A DNA stretch of 64,000 bases, taken from positions 27,840,001-27,904,000 of the forward strand of contig CM059432.1 of the NCBI GenBank assembly GCA_030390025.1. The letters run 5' to 3'. The notes under the pieces are model-generated. The model made no database searches and was not told the DNA's origin. It saw only the letters and a program-made list of their open reading frames with translations. Origin of the DNA: Squalus acanthias (lineage: Eukaryota). A program made the position numbers and the translations under genes. This document shows, one piece after another, positions 1 to 12,482 of this stretch (positions within the stretch are counted from its first letter, which is position 1; every line of letters begins with the position of its first letter).

Positions 1-459
1 CTCCAGCAGGAAAGGAATATGGGTTTCCCCCTTCCCCCAATATTCAGCCCCTTTCCCCCCTCCTCTGCTGAAAGCATTGCCTCATGATTGCTCCGCTGCT
101 ACTGCAAGCCCTCTAGTATCTAGTCTAGGTAGTCATTCTTCATGTGTAAACCTGGATAGTAAGTACTGACAAAGTGTTTGACCATGCTGGGGGAGCTGGG
201 GGAGCTGGGAGGGTATCAGGATGGACTTTGATTCCAGCGGGAATCACTAGGCAGCAATCGAGCATGAACCCTGTCTGATTTTTTTCCCTTCTGAAGACAG
301 GGGTCCGGCTCAGACAGCTGATTCAACACAGACCAGAGGACGAAACAGGAACCTTACTGGTCTGTATGGCTTGGTACCACACTGCATTTATTCAGCGAGT
401 CACTGGGATGGCCCTGGGAGTACGAATTTAATGATGTCAAATAAGACTGAGAATGTTAC

Positions 460-653
460 CTTGATATGCTTCGTAATGTCAATGTCGCAGGGTCGTAAGT
501 AGCAAAGGCGCCTTTCTTTCGCCAGTTTGCACTGGTTGTTTTCATTTGAAATCCTTGTCGATATTCCCATTCCACAAGATTTTGAGCAGGTGCTCCAAGG
601 CGTAGTTTGCCCCAAGCAGTTCTGGCGCCACACTTCCGATTCGCCTGTGTAAG
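460..653 (-). CDS. CCN4: CCN4/WISP1 exon 4, TSP1 domain (exon 5, cystine knot, lies outside the window)
   Basis: Acceptor ttccag|CT, donor AAG|gtaaca, 194 nt, phase 1-0. Encodes AYTGESEVWRQNCLGQTTPWSTCSKSCGMGISTRISNENNQCKLAKERRLCYLRPCDIDITKHIK, which includes the WSxCSxSCG motif. Confidence 0.96.
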
Positions 654-850
654 CTGGAACACGGGAGAATCGACAACTGAGTTAGCATCATTCTCAACCC
701 AGTCCTGCTAAAACCGCCATGGCCATTTCTGTTCTCTGCTTCCCAAATATTCAAAAACGTAGCAGCAAGACCTTTACTAGGTTCAGCATGTGGCACAATT
801 GGCAGCACAAAGTGTAACACTTCCTCTACAGTAACCTGCCTGCTGAAATA

Positions 851-985
851 TCTATCTATATATGCTTTGGCGATTCTGTATCTCTTTACTTCACCTGAGG
901 AAGGGGCGATCGATAGCTCCGAAAGCTTGTGATTTCAAATAAAACTGTTGGACTATAACCTGGTGTTGTGCGACTTCACATTTTT
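851..985 (+). mobile_element. Penelope pseudo-LTR fragment with hammerhead motif (891-932) in CCN4 intron 3
   Basis: Homologous to 21904-22035. TCAC-CTGAGGA-A-GGGGC GATCGATA GCTCC-GAAA-GCTT-GTGA. Confidence 0.85.
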
Positions 986-1065
986 GCTGACATATAGGCC
1001 ACCTTTGTGGCAATTTAGAGCTGCATTATAGGGTGGATTTGTGCTGATTCAAAGCCAAATGATGA

Positions 1066-1225
1066 TAGAATTATAGAATCATACAGCATAGGAGGAGGTC
1101 ATTTTGCCCATCGTGCCTGTGCTGGTTCTTTGAAAGAGCTATCCAATTAGTCCTATTCCCCTGCTCTTTCCCCACAGCCCTGCAATTTTTTTCCCCTTCA
1201 AGTATTTATCCAATTCCCTTTTGAA
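1066..1225 (-). mobile_element. CR1 3' UTR tail (second copy at 2250-2438)
   Basis: ATAGAATCATACAGCATAGGAGGAGGTCATTTTGCCCATCGTGCCTGTGCTGG..TTTATCCAATTCCCTTTTGAA is shared by both sites. Confidence 0.75.
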
Positions 1226-1849
1226 TCAATGAGAAAAATGCATGCTATTCTCCTAAGTCAGGCCTACTAGGACTGCCTGTGACTGATGGAGAAGAGGACA
1301 CAAGAAGAAGGTCTGAGGAATCTCTCATTAAAATTTGAAGTGATGTTACCAAAGGGAGAAGATGACAAATTTAATAATGAAACGTGTACATCTCACACAA
1401 CTGAAATATATGGACAAAATATTTAAGTGTGGGTCTTTTTAGAAGGTAAAGTGGTCAATTGAGATTTGAGGGGCGATCATGTAGGCAACATCATAACATA
1501 AGAAGGGTTTGAATGAGAAAAGGCCATTCGGATATTCAAATCTGCTCCTTTCACAATCCGCTGCATGACTCCATCAATTATTGATTCTCCACCCTATCCA
1601 AGATGTCCATACTCTCTTCCCAACCCTTACATGAAGCAAACAGCTATAGTAACATATCTACCAACCTCAAACTCCTTTTTTGACAAGTATTGGGCCAAAC
1701 CTTTTTAAAGGCATCAATTGACCTAGAATTAATTACTTTTGCAGGGAATCTGTTCCACATATGCACATCTGTCACTGACATCAATTATGTCAAAAATGAC
1801 TAAACTGTCCCATTTCTCAGTGGTCGCACTCCCGTGGAATGTGAAACTA

Positions 1850-2215
1850 AGGCACACAGACTGGGACGGTCTCAGGTTCGATATCTGGTCTGTGCTAAGT
1901 TAGCTGATATCAGCTGGGATAGAGGAAGGGGTGGCAAAACTGGCGTCAGTGCCCCTGGGCTAGAGACGGGAAACCATCCAGGATTCCCACTGGTGATTGG
2001 CATCCAGTGACTGTTGCTGGCATGTGTGCATGTGTCGCTGAGTACACACTCAAGTTGGCTGTGATTCCTCCCCCTCCTCCTGCACCCATTCCTACTGTCA
2101 ATTAGCCTGCTGAGAAACACTGTCATAGTTCACAAATGAAGAAATGTCACTTGGACAAGGTATTAGAGGCTGAGAACCCACTCCAGCAAGCATCAGCGCC
2201 TTCAGGAGAGGACAG
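1850..2215 (+). mobile_element. Second, unclassified tRNA-like SINE family
   Basis: CAGGTTCGA..CTGGTCTGTGCT.AGTTAGCTGAT.TCAGC..CAGTGCCCCTGGGCTAG..ATCCAGTGAC. Related copies lie at ~1-410 (-), 4690-4935, 6230-6545, 7730-7975 plus 8830-8930 (-), 9110-9265, 24690-24890 (-), 38915-39090 and 50220-50425. Confidence 0.65.
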
Positions 2216-2514
2216 AAGAAGAATGGAGGGGAGGGGGAGCAGAAGGATCATTGAATCATAGAATGATACAGGAGGCCATTTGACCCATTGTGCCTGTGCT
2301 GGCTCTTTGAAAGAGCTTTCCAATTAGTCTCACTTATCTGCCCCATAGCCATGCAAATTTTTCCCCTTCCAGTATTTATCCAATTCCCTTTTGAAAGTTA
2401 TTATTGAATCTGCTTCCACCACCTTTTCAGGCAGTGCCTCAATTTACAAAGATCTGCAGAAACCTCAACTGATCCAGAACATGAGTATTCCTCTTTACGC
2501 TCACGTTCTCCTAC

Positions 2515-2772
2515 CTGACATGGACACATGGCGAGGGGCAGTCTTCCTGAGCTTCTTCGACTCGTCACAGATCCACTTCTCGCAGCATTTTCCTGGCATT
2601 TTAATACGTTTGGGGTTCTGACACCAGACGAGTGGAGGTCGGGACTGCCTGCACACAGGGATGCAGCCAATAGCACCGTTCACACATGTACATTTGTACT
2701 TGCAGTTGGGTTGAAAGCTTTGGCCATTGGAATATATGGCTCCATTGAGCTCACACCCTACTCCAACCAGAT
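2515..2772 (-). CDS. CCN4: CCN4/WISP1 exon 3, VWC domain
   Basis: Acceptor ttttag|AT, donor TCAG|gtagga, 258 nt, phase 1-1. Encodes [56 protein letters not shown]. The full VWC cysteine set and RPPxxWC motif favour CCN4 over CCN6. Confidence 0.96.
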
Positions 2773-4071
2773 CTAAAAGTAACAAAATGAAAGATTCATT
2801 CCAAACCTATGAAACAAGCTCATAATATTATTTAATCTTTAATATAGGAAAACAATTTATTTGCTTTGCCATGATAGTGACATCAGTCCATTCAAATCAA
2901 TGGTAACAATAATAGTAATTCCTGCTATTCTTACTTCCTCCAGAGGATGACACTGTTACCTTAAAAAGATTCCAATATTACATGTTATTCTTACATGCTC
3001 TACAGATGGCACTATAACCTCTCTCAGCCTGTTACAACAAACACACCTAAAAGTCATATTGCTCCTGATATTTCTTTCCTTCCCCTGCGCTGAAGCTTTA
3101 GTCAACCACAGTGCACCATGAAGGTCAAGTCACCTGACCTGGCCCGGACCTGCAAATATTTGCAGATTCAGGTCATTAGCCCTGATAGGCCCACCATCTG
3201 GGAGGAGCCTGGGCCCAGAATTGGGGAGCGCAAAGGCAGCCTCTGTAAGGGGTTTAACAAAAACAGCAGTGAAAGGGCCTCCAGACCTGAGGATCCAATG
3301 GGTCCCTGTTGGAGAAAGGGCCATTCACTCTTTTAGGCCCCTTTGCCTTGCAGGCTGTCCCTCTCAGATTCTCCAATGTGAGGGGAGACAGTGGGCACAA
3401 CAACTACCACCAATTTCTTCAGGGGCCCTCCAAATGAGAGACTTAACAGCGTTCCGACAGGAAAATGAGGTGGGAGGAGTCACATTTCTATCCTATTACA
3501 ATGTGTGCGCCTGTTATGGTTGTACCCTTGGGGAAAGCCTCAGAAGTACTAGTGTAAAGTAATGGGAGAGGAGAGCTGCTGTCACGGGTCTCTGCCACCT
3601 TGTCTGTTCCTTTGTGTATGGGAACTGCATGTCCCCAGGTACGTAGGAGAGCAATATCAGGGTCACCATTTAATTTGGCTAGCCGTGAGCAATGCCACAA
3701 GAGATTTCCTAGTATGTTTTCAGATATAATATTTCTCTTTCTTTTACTCTCGGGATTTGGGCGAGGCCGGCATTTATTGCCCATCCCTAATTGCCCTGAG
3801 AAGGTGGTGGTAGTCCTTCTTCAGATGCTGTGGTTTGATACAACTGAGTGGCTTGCTAGGCCAGTTCAGAGGGCAGTTAAGAGTCAAATACATTAGTGTG
3901 GGACTGGAGTCACATACAGGTCAGACCAGGTAAGGACAGGTAAAGGACATTAGGGAAGCAGTTGGGTTAAAGGTGCTGTATGTCTGTTTTTATATTGGGT
4001 TTAATAGCATGCCTGTGCTGCATGCTGCTGGCACATGGGCCTTGCACACTTAACTGCAACTTGTTAATAAA

Positions 4072-4560
4072 CAAAAACAACAACATCAACTTGTATTTAT
4101 ATAGCACCTTTAATGTAGTAAATCATCCCAAGGCGCTGCACAGGAGTATTAAAAGACAACATTTTTTACACCAAGCCACATGAGGAGAAATTAGGGCAGG
4201 TGACCAAAAGCTTGGTCAAAGTGGTTGGTTTTAAGGAGCGTCTTAAATGAGGAAAGAGAGGTAGAGGGGCGGAAAGGTTTAGGCAGGGAATTCCAGAGAT
4301 TAGGGCCTAGGCAACAGAAGGCACGGCCACCAATGGTTGAGCGATTATAATCAGGGATGCTCAAGAGGGCAGAATTAGAGGAGCACAGATATCTCGGGGG
4401 GTTGTGGGGCTGAAGGAGATTACAGAGATAGGGAGGGGCGAGGCCAAGGAGGAATTTGAAAACAAGGATGAGAATTTTGAAATCGAGGCGTTGCTTAACC
4501 GGGAGCCAATGTAGGTCAGCGAGCCCAGGGGTGATGGGCGAACGGGACTTGGTGCGAGTT
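4072..4560 (-). mobile_element. L2 LINE 3' end
   Basis: RSPITPGLADLHWLPVKQRLDFKIL..LAPPYL..GGRAF..P.LWNSLP..FKTLLKT, with a (GTT)n tail. Related tails lie at 54735-54912 and 55400-55502. Confidence 0.9.
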
Positions 4561-5047
4561 TCACTAAGGCTAGTGGTTTGAAAGATCCAGTAAAACACCT
4601 AAGGAAGTCACGTGGCATGCAGCCAGCCCAATGAACACTGGTAACAGATAGATGAAAGTAAATTTGACCAGCCCAGTGATAGAATAAAGCAGAACCATGT
4701 AACCAGGTTCAACCCCTGGTCTGAGCTGAGTTGAATAATCTTACCCAGGACAGTCCTACTGTTACATTCATCACTGGGGTAGGGTCGGGGAAAAAGGATC
4801 AGACCGGGCTCCTGCTATTGATTGCTATCCAATGACCCTTGTTGGAAAATGTGTATGCATGTGAAAATTAAGGACATGATTGAGCTCGAGTGTGATGCTT
4901 GCTATGGTTAAATAGCCTGCTGATAGTCATTGCTTAGGCATGAAGGCATGTTGCTTTGGTGATGTATCTGAGGGCTACAAGAGCTGTACTCCAGTAGCAG
5001 TCAGCAGTTTCAGCAGAAAAGAGCAGTAACTTTGGGGGAAAAAACTG

Positions 5048-5392
5048 ATAAAGGGCTTTGATAGGGAAGACGCAGAGAAGATATTTCCACTTGTGGGGGA
5101 GGCTAGGGGCCATAAATATAAGATAGTCGCCAATAAATCCAATAGGGAATTCAGGAGAAATCTCTTTACCCAGAGTGGTAGAAATTTGCAACTCACTATC
5201 ACAAGGTGAGGTGAATAGCATAGATGCATTTAAGGGGAAGCTGGATAAGCACAAGAGAAAGGAATAGAAGGATATGCTGATAGGGGTAGATGAAGAGGGG
5301 TGGGAGAAGACTTGTGTGGAGCATAAATACCAGCATAAACCAGATGGGCTGAATGGTTTGTTTCTGTGCTGTAACTTCGATGTAATTCTATT
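5048..5392 (+). mobile_element. Degraded CR1 3' end
   Basis: Similar to 9707-10053 (CCAATAGGGAATTCAGGAGAAA..TTTACCCAGAGTGGT). Confidence 0.8.
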
Positions 5393-5884
5393 CAGTTCAC
5401 ACCTGACTGCTGTGGCTCTCCTATCACTCCCAGATCTCTTTCAGCCTCTTCCCTAATTAGTTGAACGTTATTCAGCAAGTCTGCACCTAATTTTTCCTTC
5501 CAACGTGTTTCTGAATCCTGGTTGTTTATGTAGAACAGGAACAGTAGGAGTTGCGGCACTGATTCCTAGGGCCCTCTACTCAGTGCAGCTCCCTAGCCTG
5601 AAATCACACCCTTAATCCTGCTTCCTCTCGTTCAATGAATTCTTTATCCATCTACACATTTTACCTGGTATACCCATTGCCTTAAGCTGTGTAGCAAGCC
5701 TTTCATGTGGCACTTATTGAAGGCTTTCTGAACGTTGAGAAGTAATTGATAGTTGCCACAACCTTTCTAGTGAGTACTTTAGATTGAATGAGCAGCCCTT
5801 GTCCTCCAAGAGTGATGTGTCCCTTTAAATCTCTCACAAATGTATTTATTTTGTGTAAGTTACCAAAATATATATTTCACTTAC

Positions 5885-6173
5885 ATGCACATATTCCTAC
5901 TTCGTACCTAGGGGCGTCCCCACTATAGTCGCAGTACAGTCCTTTGTGATAATCGCAGGTGTCTGCCTCCGTGCAGTTCTCTCCCAGCTGCTTGGCGCAT
6001 GCCTTACAGCACTCGCAGCCATCCATCACCAAGCTAACTCCGGGAGGGCACCTGGGCATGCGCTTCGGACACTGGCAGGGCCAATGGCAGTACTGCGTGC
6101 GGTTATACGGGTGGACGAAATCCGTCGAGTTCTCGTCCCCCTCTGAAGCTGCCTTGGAATCCTGGGTGAGGCC
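5885..6173 (-). CDS. CCN4: CCN4/WISP1 exon 2, IGFBP domain
   Basis: Acceptor ttcttcacag|GGC, donor GCAT|gtaagt, 289 nt. Encodes [65 protein letters not shown], which includes the GCxCCxxC IGFBP motif. Confidence 0.96.
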
Positions 6174-6654
6174 CTGTGAAGAAGAGATAGCAGAGTTAGA
6201 AAAGGGGCAGTGGTGAGCTGCCACTGACTCATCAGTGATCGCTCAGTCTATAAAATGTATGACACCAGGAACGTCCCAGGTTGCATCCCTGGCCTTTGCA
6301 AGTTAACTAATATCAGTTGGGTGCAGCAATTTGGATGGTATAATTGACCTTAGGTCCCTTGGACTGGGAACAAAGAGGGGAAATCAGGTAGGATGGCTGC
6401 TCCTGATCACAATCCAGCGACCTCTGCTGGAAAGTGCCACGAGTCGAGTGAAGATGGGATCAGTTTCTGCTGTGACACTTTCACAGCCGATTATCCTATT
6501 GAGGCTCACATGGAAAGAATGATCATTTAGCTGAAGTACCAGAAAGTGGTTGGCGATCCTCTCCAGCATGACCCGGCGCCTGGAGAGGAGGGGAGACAAT
6601 TGGAATGGGAACAAAAATAAGACCGAGTATCTCAATTAAATATAGGGCCCAGTG

Positions 6655-6930
6655 CTCAGCCATGGCCAGTGAGTAGCACGCTCGCCTCTGAGTCCAAAGG
6701 TTGTGGGTTCAAGTTCCACTCCAGAGCCTTGAGCACAAAATCCAGGCTGACACTCCAGTGCAGTGCTGAGGGAGTGCTGCACTATCAGAGGTGTTGTCTT
6801 TTGGATTAGATGTTAAACCGAGGCCCTGTCTGCCCTCTCAGGTGGACATAAAAGATCCCATGACACTATTTCGAAGAAGAGTGGGGAGTTCTCCCCGGTG
6901 TCCTGGCCAATATTTATCTCTCAACCAACA
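6655..6930 (+). mobile_element. tRNA-headed Deu-domain SINE (SacSINE1/AmnSINE1-like)
   Basis: tRNA-like head (GGTTCAAGT B box) plus the core GGAGTGCTGCACT..GATGTTAAACCGAGG..AAAGATCCCATG..CCCCGGTGTCCTGGCCAA recognised as the Deu domain. Confidence 0.75.
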
Positions 6931-7975
6931 TGTGTGTTCCCTTTTCCATGTGGGAGGGACAGGGTGGCACACTGGGTTACTACATTGTCCTTTCACTTCG
7001 GAGTTCAGAATCCAGCCCAGACTTCCTCCTATGTTAAATGACTTTGTGCAATCTCCATCCAGTCCTCACATCACAAAACTGTCCTTAATTTGACACTGGA
7101 GCTGTTTCAAGGAATATATAATCTCAGATGACCACCCCTATTGTGGAAGTGCGATTTCCCAGACCAGTCAGTCTGAGTCAGTTAGGCTGATGTGGAAGCT
7201 GCAAATGTCCAATTGGTGCAGTTGTGGGCACTTTTCTGAGTTTGGGATTAAGACATATTGCCAGGGCAGTGGGAGAGCTTTACGTTGCGTTAAATATAAG
7301 GGTGCTACTGTACTATGCCTGACCTGGGAATGTTTAATGCTGACACTAAAATGTCAGAATTTCCATTCCCCAGCATCTTGAAAACATGGAACCTGATGAG
7401 TATCAGTCTAACATCTACATGGGAGGCACTCCAGTCATGCTGTCCAGCAAGCAGGTCCAACTTGCCAAGCAGGACGGGCAACATTCTGTCTCTTCCACTA
7501 AAAGAAGCGCAGTAAATGATCAGAAAAGCAAGTATCATCTTGATAAGTTAAAAGTTCAGATAGAACTCCAATGTGAATGGAATGTGTCTGTTAACATCTG
7601 CTCAGTACCTTAAAGTAATGTCACACCAGGGGTAATGCTTGCCTCTGGTCATCATTCAGCACTGCACTGAGGCTCTGGGGTACCACTATCACCAGTGAGG
7701 AATGTTTTAAAAATAAACCTGTTCATTTTCCCCCTTCTACTTCTTTCCTCAAGACTTTGACCCTTTGCTGATGTGGCATTGCCTGTTGCCTACTTTATAC
7801 CCAGTACCTCTCCCAAGTGGCCTTACTTCATCTGTGGTTCTTGATATTGAATGTCACAAGGCTATCTTATCCTCACCTGATGTCACACAGTGAATGTCCA
7901 GCAGAGGTTGTTGGATCTCAGTTAGGAGTTTGAACTCTGGCCGATTGTCCCCCTCCCTATTGTCACACTACCTGA

Positions 7976-8832
7976 GATAGAAACATAGAAACATAGAAGA
8001 GTACAGCACAGTACAGGCCCTTCGGCCCTCGATGTTGTGCCGAGCATTGTCCGAGACCAAGATCAAGCTATCACACTCCCTATCACTCTGGTGTGCTCCA
8101 TGTGCTTATCCAATAACCGCTTGAAAGTTCCTAAAGTGTCCGACTCCACTATCACAGCAGGCAGTCCATTCCACACCCCAACCACTCTCTGAGTAAAGAA
8201 TCTACCTCGGACATCCCTTCTATATCTCCCCCCATGCACCTTATAGTTATGCCCCCTTGTAACAGCTGCCTCTACCCGAGGAAATAGTCTCTGAACATCC
8301 ACTCTATCTATCCCCCTCATCATCTTATAAACCTCTATTAAGTCGCCTCTCATCCTCCTCCGCTCTAAAGAGAAAAGCCCCAACTCCCTCAATCTTTCCT
8401 CATAAGACCTCCCCCCCAAACCAGGCAGCATCCTGGTAAATCTCCTTTGCACTCTTTCCAATGCTTCCACGTCCTTCCTATAGTGAGGTGACCAGAACTG
8501 CACACAATATTCCAAATGTGGTCTCACCAAGGTCCTGTACAGTTGCAGCATAACCTCACGGTTCTTAAACTCAAACCCTCTGTTAATAAACGCCAACACA
8601 CCATAGGCCTTCTTTACTGCTCTATCCACTTGAGTGGCAACCTTCAGAGATCTGTGGATATGAACCCCCAGATCCCTCTGCTCCTCCACGTTCCTCAGAA
8701 CCCTGCCGTTGACCCTGTAATCCTTATTCAAATTTGCCCTACCAAAATGAATCACCTCGCACTTATCAGGGTTAAATTCCATCTGCCATTTTTCGGCCCA
8801 GCTCTGCATCCTATCAATGTCTCTTTGCAGAT
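7976..8832 (-). mobile_element. Young 5'-truncated CR1 (ORF2 C-terminus open to the stop at 8063) inserted in a SINE
   Basis: LQRDID..WQMEFNPDKC..RPHLEYCVQFWSP..FFTQRVVGVWN, with an (ATAGAAAC)n tail on the plus strand and AGAT at both junctions. Confidence 0.93.
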
Positions 8833-9706
8833 CACCTAAGTCAGAACAGACCAGGGGACAGAATCTGGGGCCTTGCGCTTTGTATGGCTCAGCTATCACT
8901 GGATAAACTGGCTGAGTCATTAGAGAGGGTCCATGACACCAACTTCTGTTTGAATTAGAATGATCCCAATAAAATAGTGAGCATTTTATTTTATCAAGTA
9001 CTCCTCTGACTTGACAGATATAAATGGTGGAGATGTGCATCAACACAATTGGCAGCACTCTGATATCTTTGGGTCATCGTTTCATTCTTTTACCAAATCA
9101 TTCTGGCTTTGGCTCCTTATCTGTACTGAGTAAGGTGACCTCATCCAAGTTGCGTTTGGGTCACAACAATTGGTCTCAGTGTCTCTGGGCTACAGAGGAG
9201 AGAGAAAAAAAATTCAGAGCTCCTGTCTCTGATTGATATCATGTTGATTTTGAATGAGGACATGATAAGTCAGTGACTTCAGTCAGGAAAAGAAAAGTCA
9301 CGTCAAGAAAACTGGGAATAAAAGCTTAATAACTAACATCTGCATAAATAAGACACATAAATACAAAGGAGAAAAAGAAATGATTAAAACCCAGACTTGA
9401 ACCTAGCAATTACTGACTATTTTAATGGAAGAGGGAAATACCATGCACTGAGAAATGGTGAATATGGCTGTAACTACAGAGAATAATTCAAGCACATAGG
9501 AATATACAGGGCTGGAAAAGAGGACCCTGGCCAATCCTGAAATAGTTTTAAAAAATCTCATACACGACACTATCTCTCCTAACTCTCAATTACTTTCCAG
9601 GACTTGAGCAGATAATCCAGGCTCTTCAGTGTGGTACTGTGGGAGTGCTGCATTGTCAGGGGTGCCGTCTTTCAGATGGGACATTAAACTTCTCAGGTGG
9701 ATGTAA

Positions 9707-10053
9707 GAGTAGACACAGAGAGAGTGCTTCCACTTGTGGGGAAGGACAAAACTAGAGGCCATCAATATAAGATAGTCAAGAAATCCAATAGGGAATTGAG
9801 AAGAAACTTCTTTACCCAGAGAGTGGTGAGAATGTGGAACTCGCTACCACAGGGAGTGGTTGAGACGAATAGTATAGATGCATTTAAGGGGAAGCTAGAT
9901 AAGCATATTAGGGAGAAGGGAATAGAGGGTTATTCTGATAGATTTGGATGAGGAAAGACGGGAGGAGGCTCGAGTGGAGCATAAACATCGGCGTGGACTG
10001 GTTGGGCCGAATGGCCTGTTTCTGTGCTGTGTATCCTATGTAATCCTATGTAA
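9707..10053 (+). mobile_element. CR1 3' end (same subfamily as 43215-44065) inserted in a Deu-SINE
   Basis: Highly similar to 43720-44065, with ATGTAA at both junctions. Confidence 0.88.
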
Positions 10054-12019
10054 AAAGATCCCATGGCATTATTCAATGAACACCGTCATGCACAAAAAAC
10101 AGGTGGCGCTCCTTCCTGCTCCACTTTAAGAGCGTTTGTAAGGAGTGGCATATTAGCCGGGAGCTCCTTTTGTGTAAACGTGTCCACAGGGCAGAAATTT
10201 AAACAAAACAGGCTGGAGAATTTTGTGCTCATCAAGGTGGGGACATCAGTGCTGGGGGAATGGAATGTTTTCTCAGTTTCTGCACTCGGTGTCAGAATTG
10301 AGCACTTCTAAGTCAAATACAGCATAAATTAGCTGCAGAGTAAAGCTCCCTCGACTTTATCCTTACAATGCGGCTAAACCATGAACTCAGAAGAGCACCA
10401 GTATAATACTTCCCCTTAGTGGCCCCTTAGTGGTCTGCCAATTCATCATGAATTCTGTGACTATTTTTAGAACTTTCCAAGAAAATACGATACAGTCTCT
10501 CAGTATAATTGTGAAGCTATTGGTCCATGGTGGGTTAGATTTATATTTCACTCTAGCCCTGACTGATGGCCCTACACTTGGGCACTCTTCTAATCCAGTG
10601 GGTACGAGTATGCAGCATTAAACCACTCATTACCGGCATTAAAAAGCATAAGCATTGAGAGGCCACAAGGACTTCTCATGTGGGAAGTGGAAATGTATAG
10701 CTGCTGCAGTAGGTAGTGCTTTTCTGAGGCTGGAATTAAGCCATATTGCCATTCCTGCCCTGGGAGTGCTTGATAGTGACATCTGGTGTCCAAATTGGAA
10801 AGTGTTCCATTCCTTATCCTCAGCATCCTTAAACTTGACGTGTACAAAAAAGAATTCACCAACAAATCATTAAAAAAAATGAAATAGCACTTCTTTTATT
10901 ATGTACTAATTATTGCTGTTATTTCATCCCCCTGTTTCAAAACATATTTCCCTCTTGCTTCAGTTCTACCCTAATATGCATCACATATTCAACCAGAGAG
11001 AGAAAGAAGGGAGACGTGAAGAGAGAATAAAGAGAGAGAGAGAAAGAGAAAAAAAAAGAGAAAGAAAGATGCAAGAGAGAAAAACAGCCTGCTTCTAGGC
11101 CTCTGGCAGTCCTGGGTTGTAACAGAGCACTAAGTGCATGGGCTGGTTTGCCAATACTCCTTAGGAGCACTTAAGCCCTACTTGCACCACCAGTACTGGA
11201 GAGCCTGCTGAGATCGAGAATTCAGTGGTGACTGAGGGGGAAGAGGGAAATCACACAGAGAGAGACCCAAGTCCCACTGGGCCTTAGGCCAATTGCCTGT
11301 CACCCAACTACTTACATGAATAAAATTCTAGGAAATAAAAAGAAAACGACAAATGCTAGAATTCCACAGCTGGTCAAAGCCAAAAAACACTTAAAATATT
11401 AACCTGTTTTTCTCTTTCAGATACTGACTGACCTGCCATGAATTTCCAGAATTTTCTCTTAACACTTTTTATGCACTTTAGCTGCATCCTGGCACAATTA
11501 GATGGCAAATATTTTGAGGACACAACAGGAAACCGGGGGCCGGAATACCAATCATTCCATCTCATCAACTGAGAATGTGAAGGGTTAGAAGTTACAGAGC
11601 CTAGTTTTGGGACCAAGTTACGGATGGGAGGTGGGAGGAGGGGAAGGGAGGCATACCAGAACTCAGCACCCTCAGAGGAGCAATAAATCTAACAATCCTC
11701 ATCTTTGTGTTGCCCAAATGGAGCTTGAATATTAAAACCAGAAAGAAGCAAGGGTCAAGCAGCCTTGTGTTTTGCAAATAAAGCTAAGAATACATGTGTG
11801 GTAGAGAAAATTTTGGAATATTCAATTAAACATGAAAACATTAAACACGATAAGGCTCCTGTGCCTATTTCCAGACCCGCTACCAAAATTGGTGAAAAGT
11901 AGTCACAGCTTGTGTTGCCGCAAGTGCTGACTAATTTTTCAGACTCGACAGCGGCTTTATCAACAGTCCTTTTAAGACCCACTGGAGACCGCAAAGGAAG
12001 CCTGCAGGTAAGTTTTTTT

Positions 12020-12482
12020 AACTCGACACCATCCAGGACAAAGCAGCCCGCTTGACTGGCACCCCATCTACTACCTTAAACATTCACTCCCTCCACCACC
12101 AGCGTACTGTGGCTGCAGTGTGTACCATCTACAAGATGCACTGCAACAACTCGCCAAGGCTTCTTCGGCAGCACCTCCCAAACCCGCGACCTCTTCCACC
12201 TAGAAGGACAAGGGCAGCAGGCGCATGGGAACACCACCACCTCCAAGTTTCCCTCCAAGTCACACACCATCCTCACTTAGAAGTATATCGCCGATCCTTC
12301 ATCGTCGCTGGGTCAAAATCCTGGCACTCCCTTCCTAACAGCACTGTGGGAGTACCTTCACCACACGGACTGCAGTGGTTCAAGAAGGCGGCTCACCACC
12401 ACCTTCTCAAGGGCAATTAGGGATGGGCAATAAATGCTGGCTTTGCCAGCGATGCCCACATCCCATGAACAAATTTTAAAAA
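12020..12482 (+). mobile_element. 3' end of an L2/CR1-group LINE (separate family)
   Basis: DTIQDKAARL..IHSLHHQRTVAAVCTIYKMH..SW.SLP. The 3' UTR GGGCAATTAGGGATGGGCAATAAATGCTGGC recurs at ~3750-3810, 15365-15470, 29025-29095, 52870-52990 and 56580-56635. Confidence 0.8.

Noticed and set aside
460..6173. Assignment to CCN6/WISP3 or another CCN paralogue
   Set aside because: The IGFBP exon resembles both CCN4 and CCN6. However, the VWC exon keeps the cysteines that CCN6 lacks and has the CCN4-type FQPNCKY and RPPxxWC motifs. Phylogeny or synteny would be the final test.
6174..6224. ORF-track N-terminus [17 protein letters not shown] as the protein start
   Set aside because: It starts at a non-ATG codon, covers the polypyrimidine tract and acceptor, and is not a signal peptide.
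6655..6730. tRNA genes at SINE heads (also ~55850, 60075)
   Set aside because: Only A/B-box-like remnants are present, with no complete cloverleaf, and they continue into SINE bodies.
8833..9058. N-terminal part of the 331-aa ORF as a novel RT fusion protein
   Set aside because: It is a chance open frame through SINE and unique sequence upstream of a 5'-truncated CR1, with no RT catalytic core.
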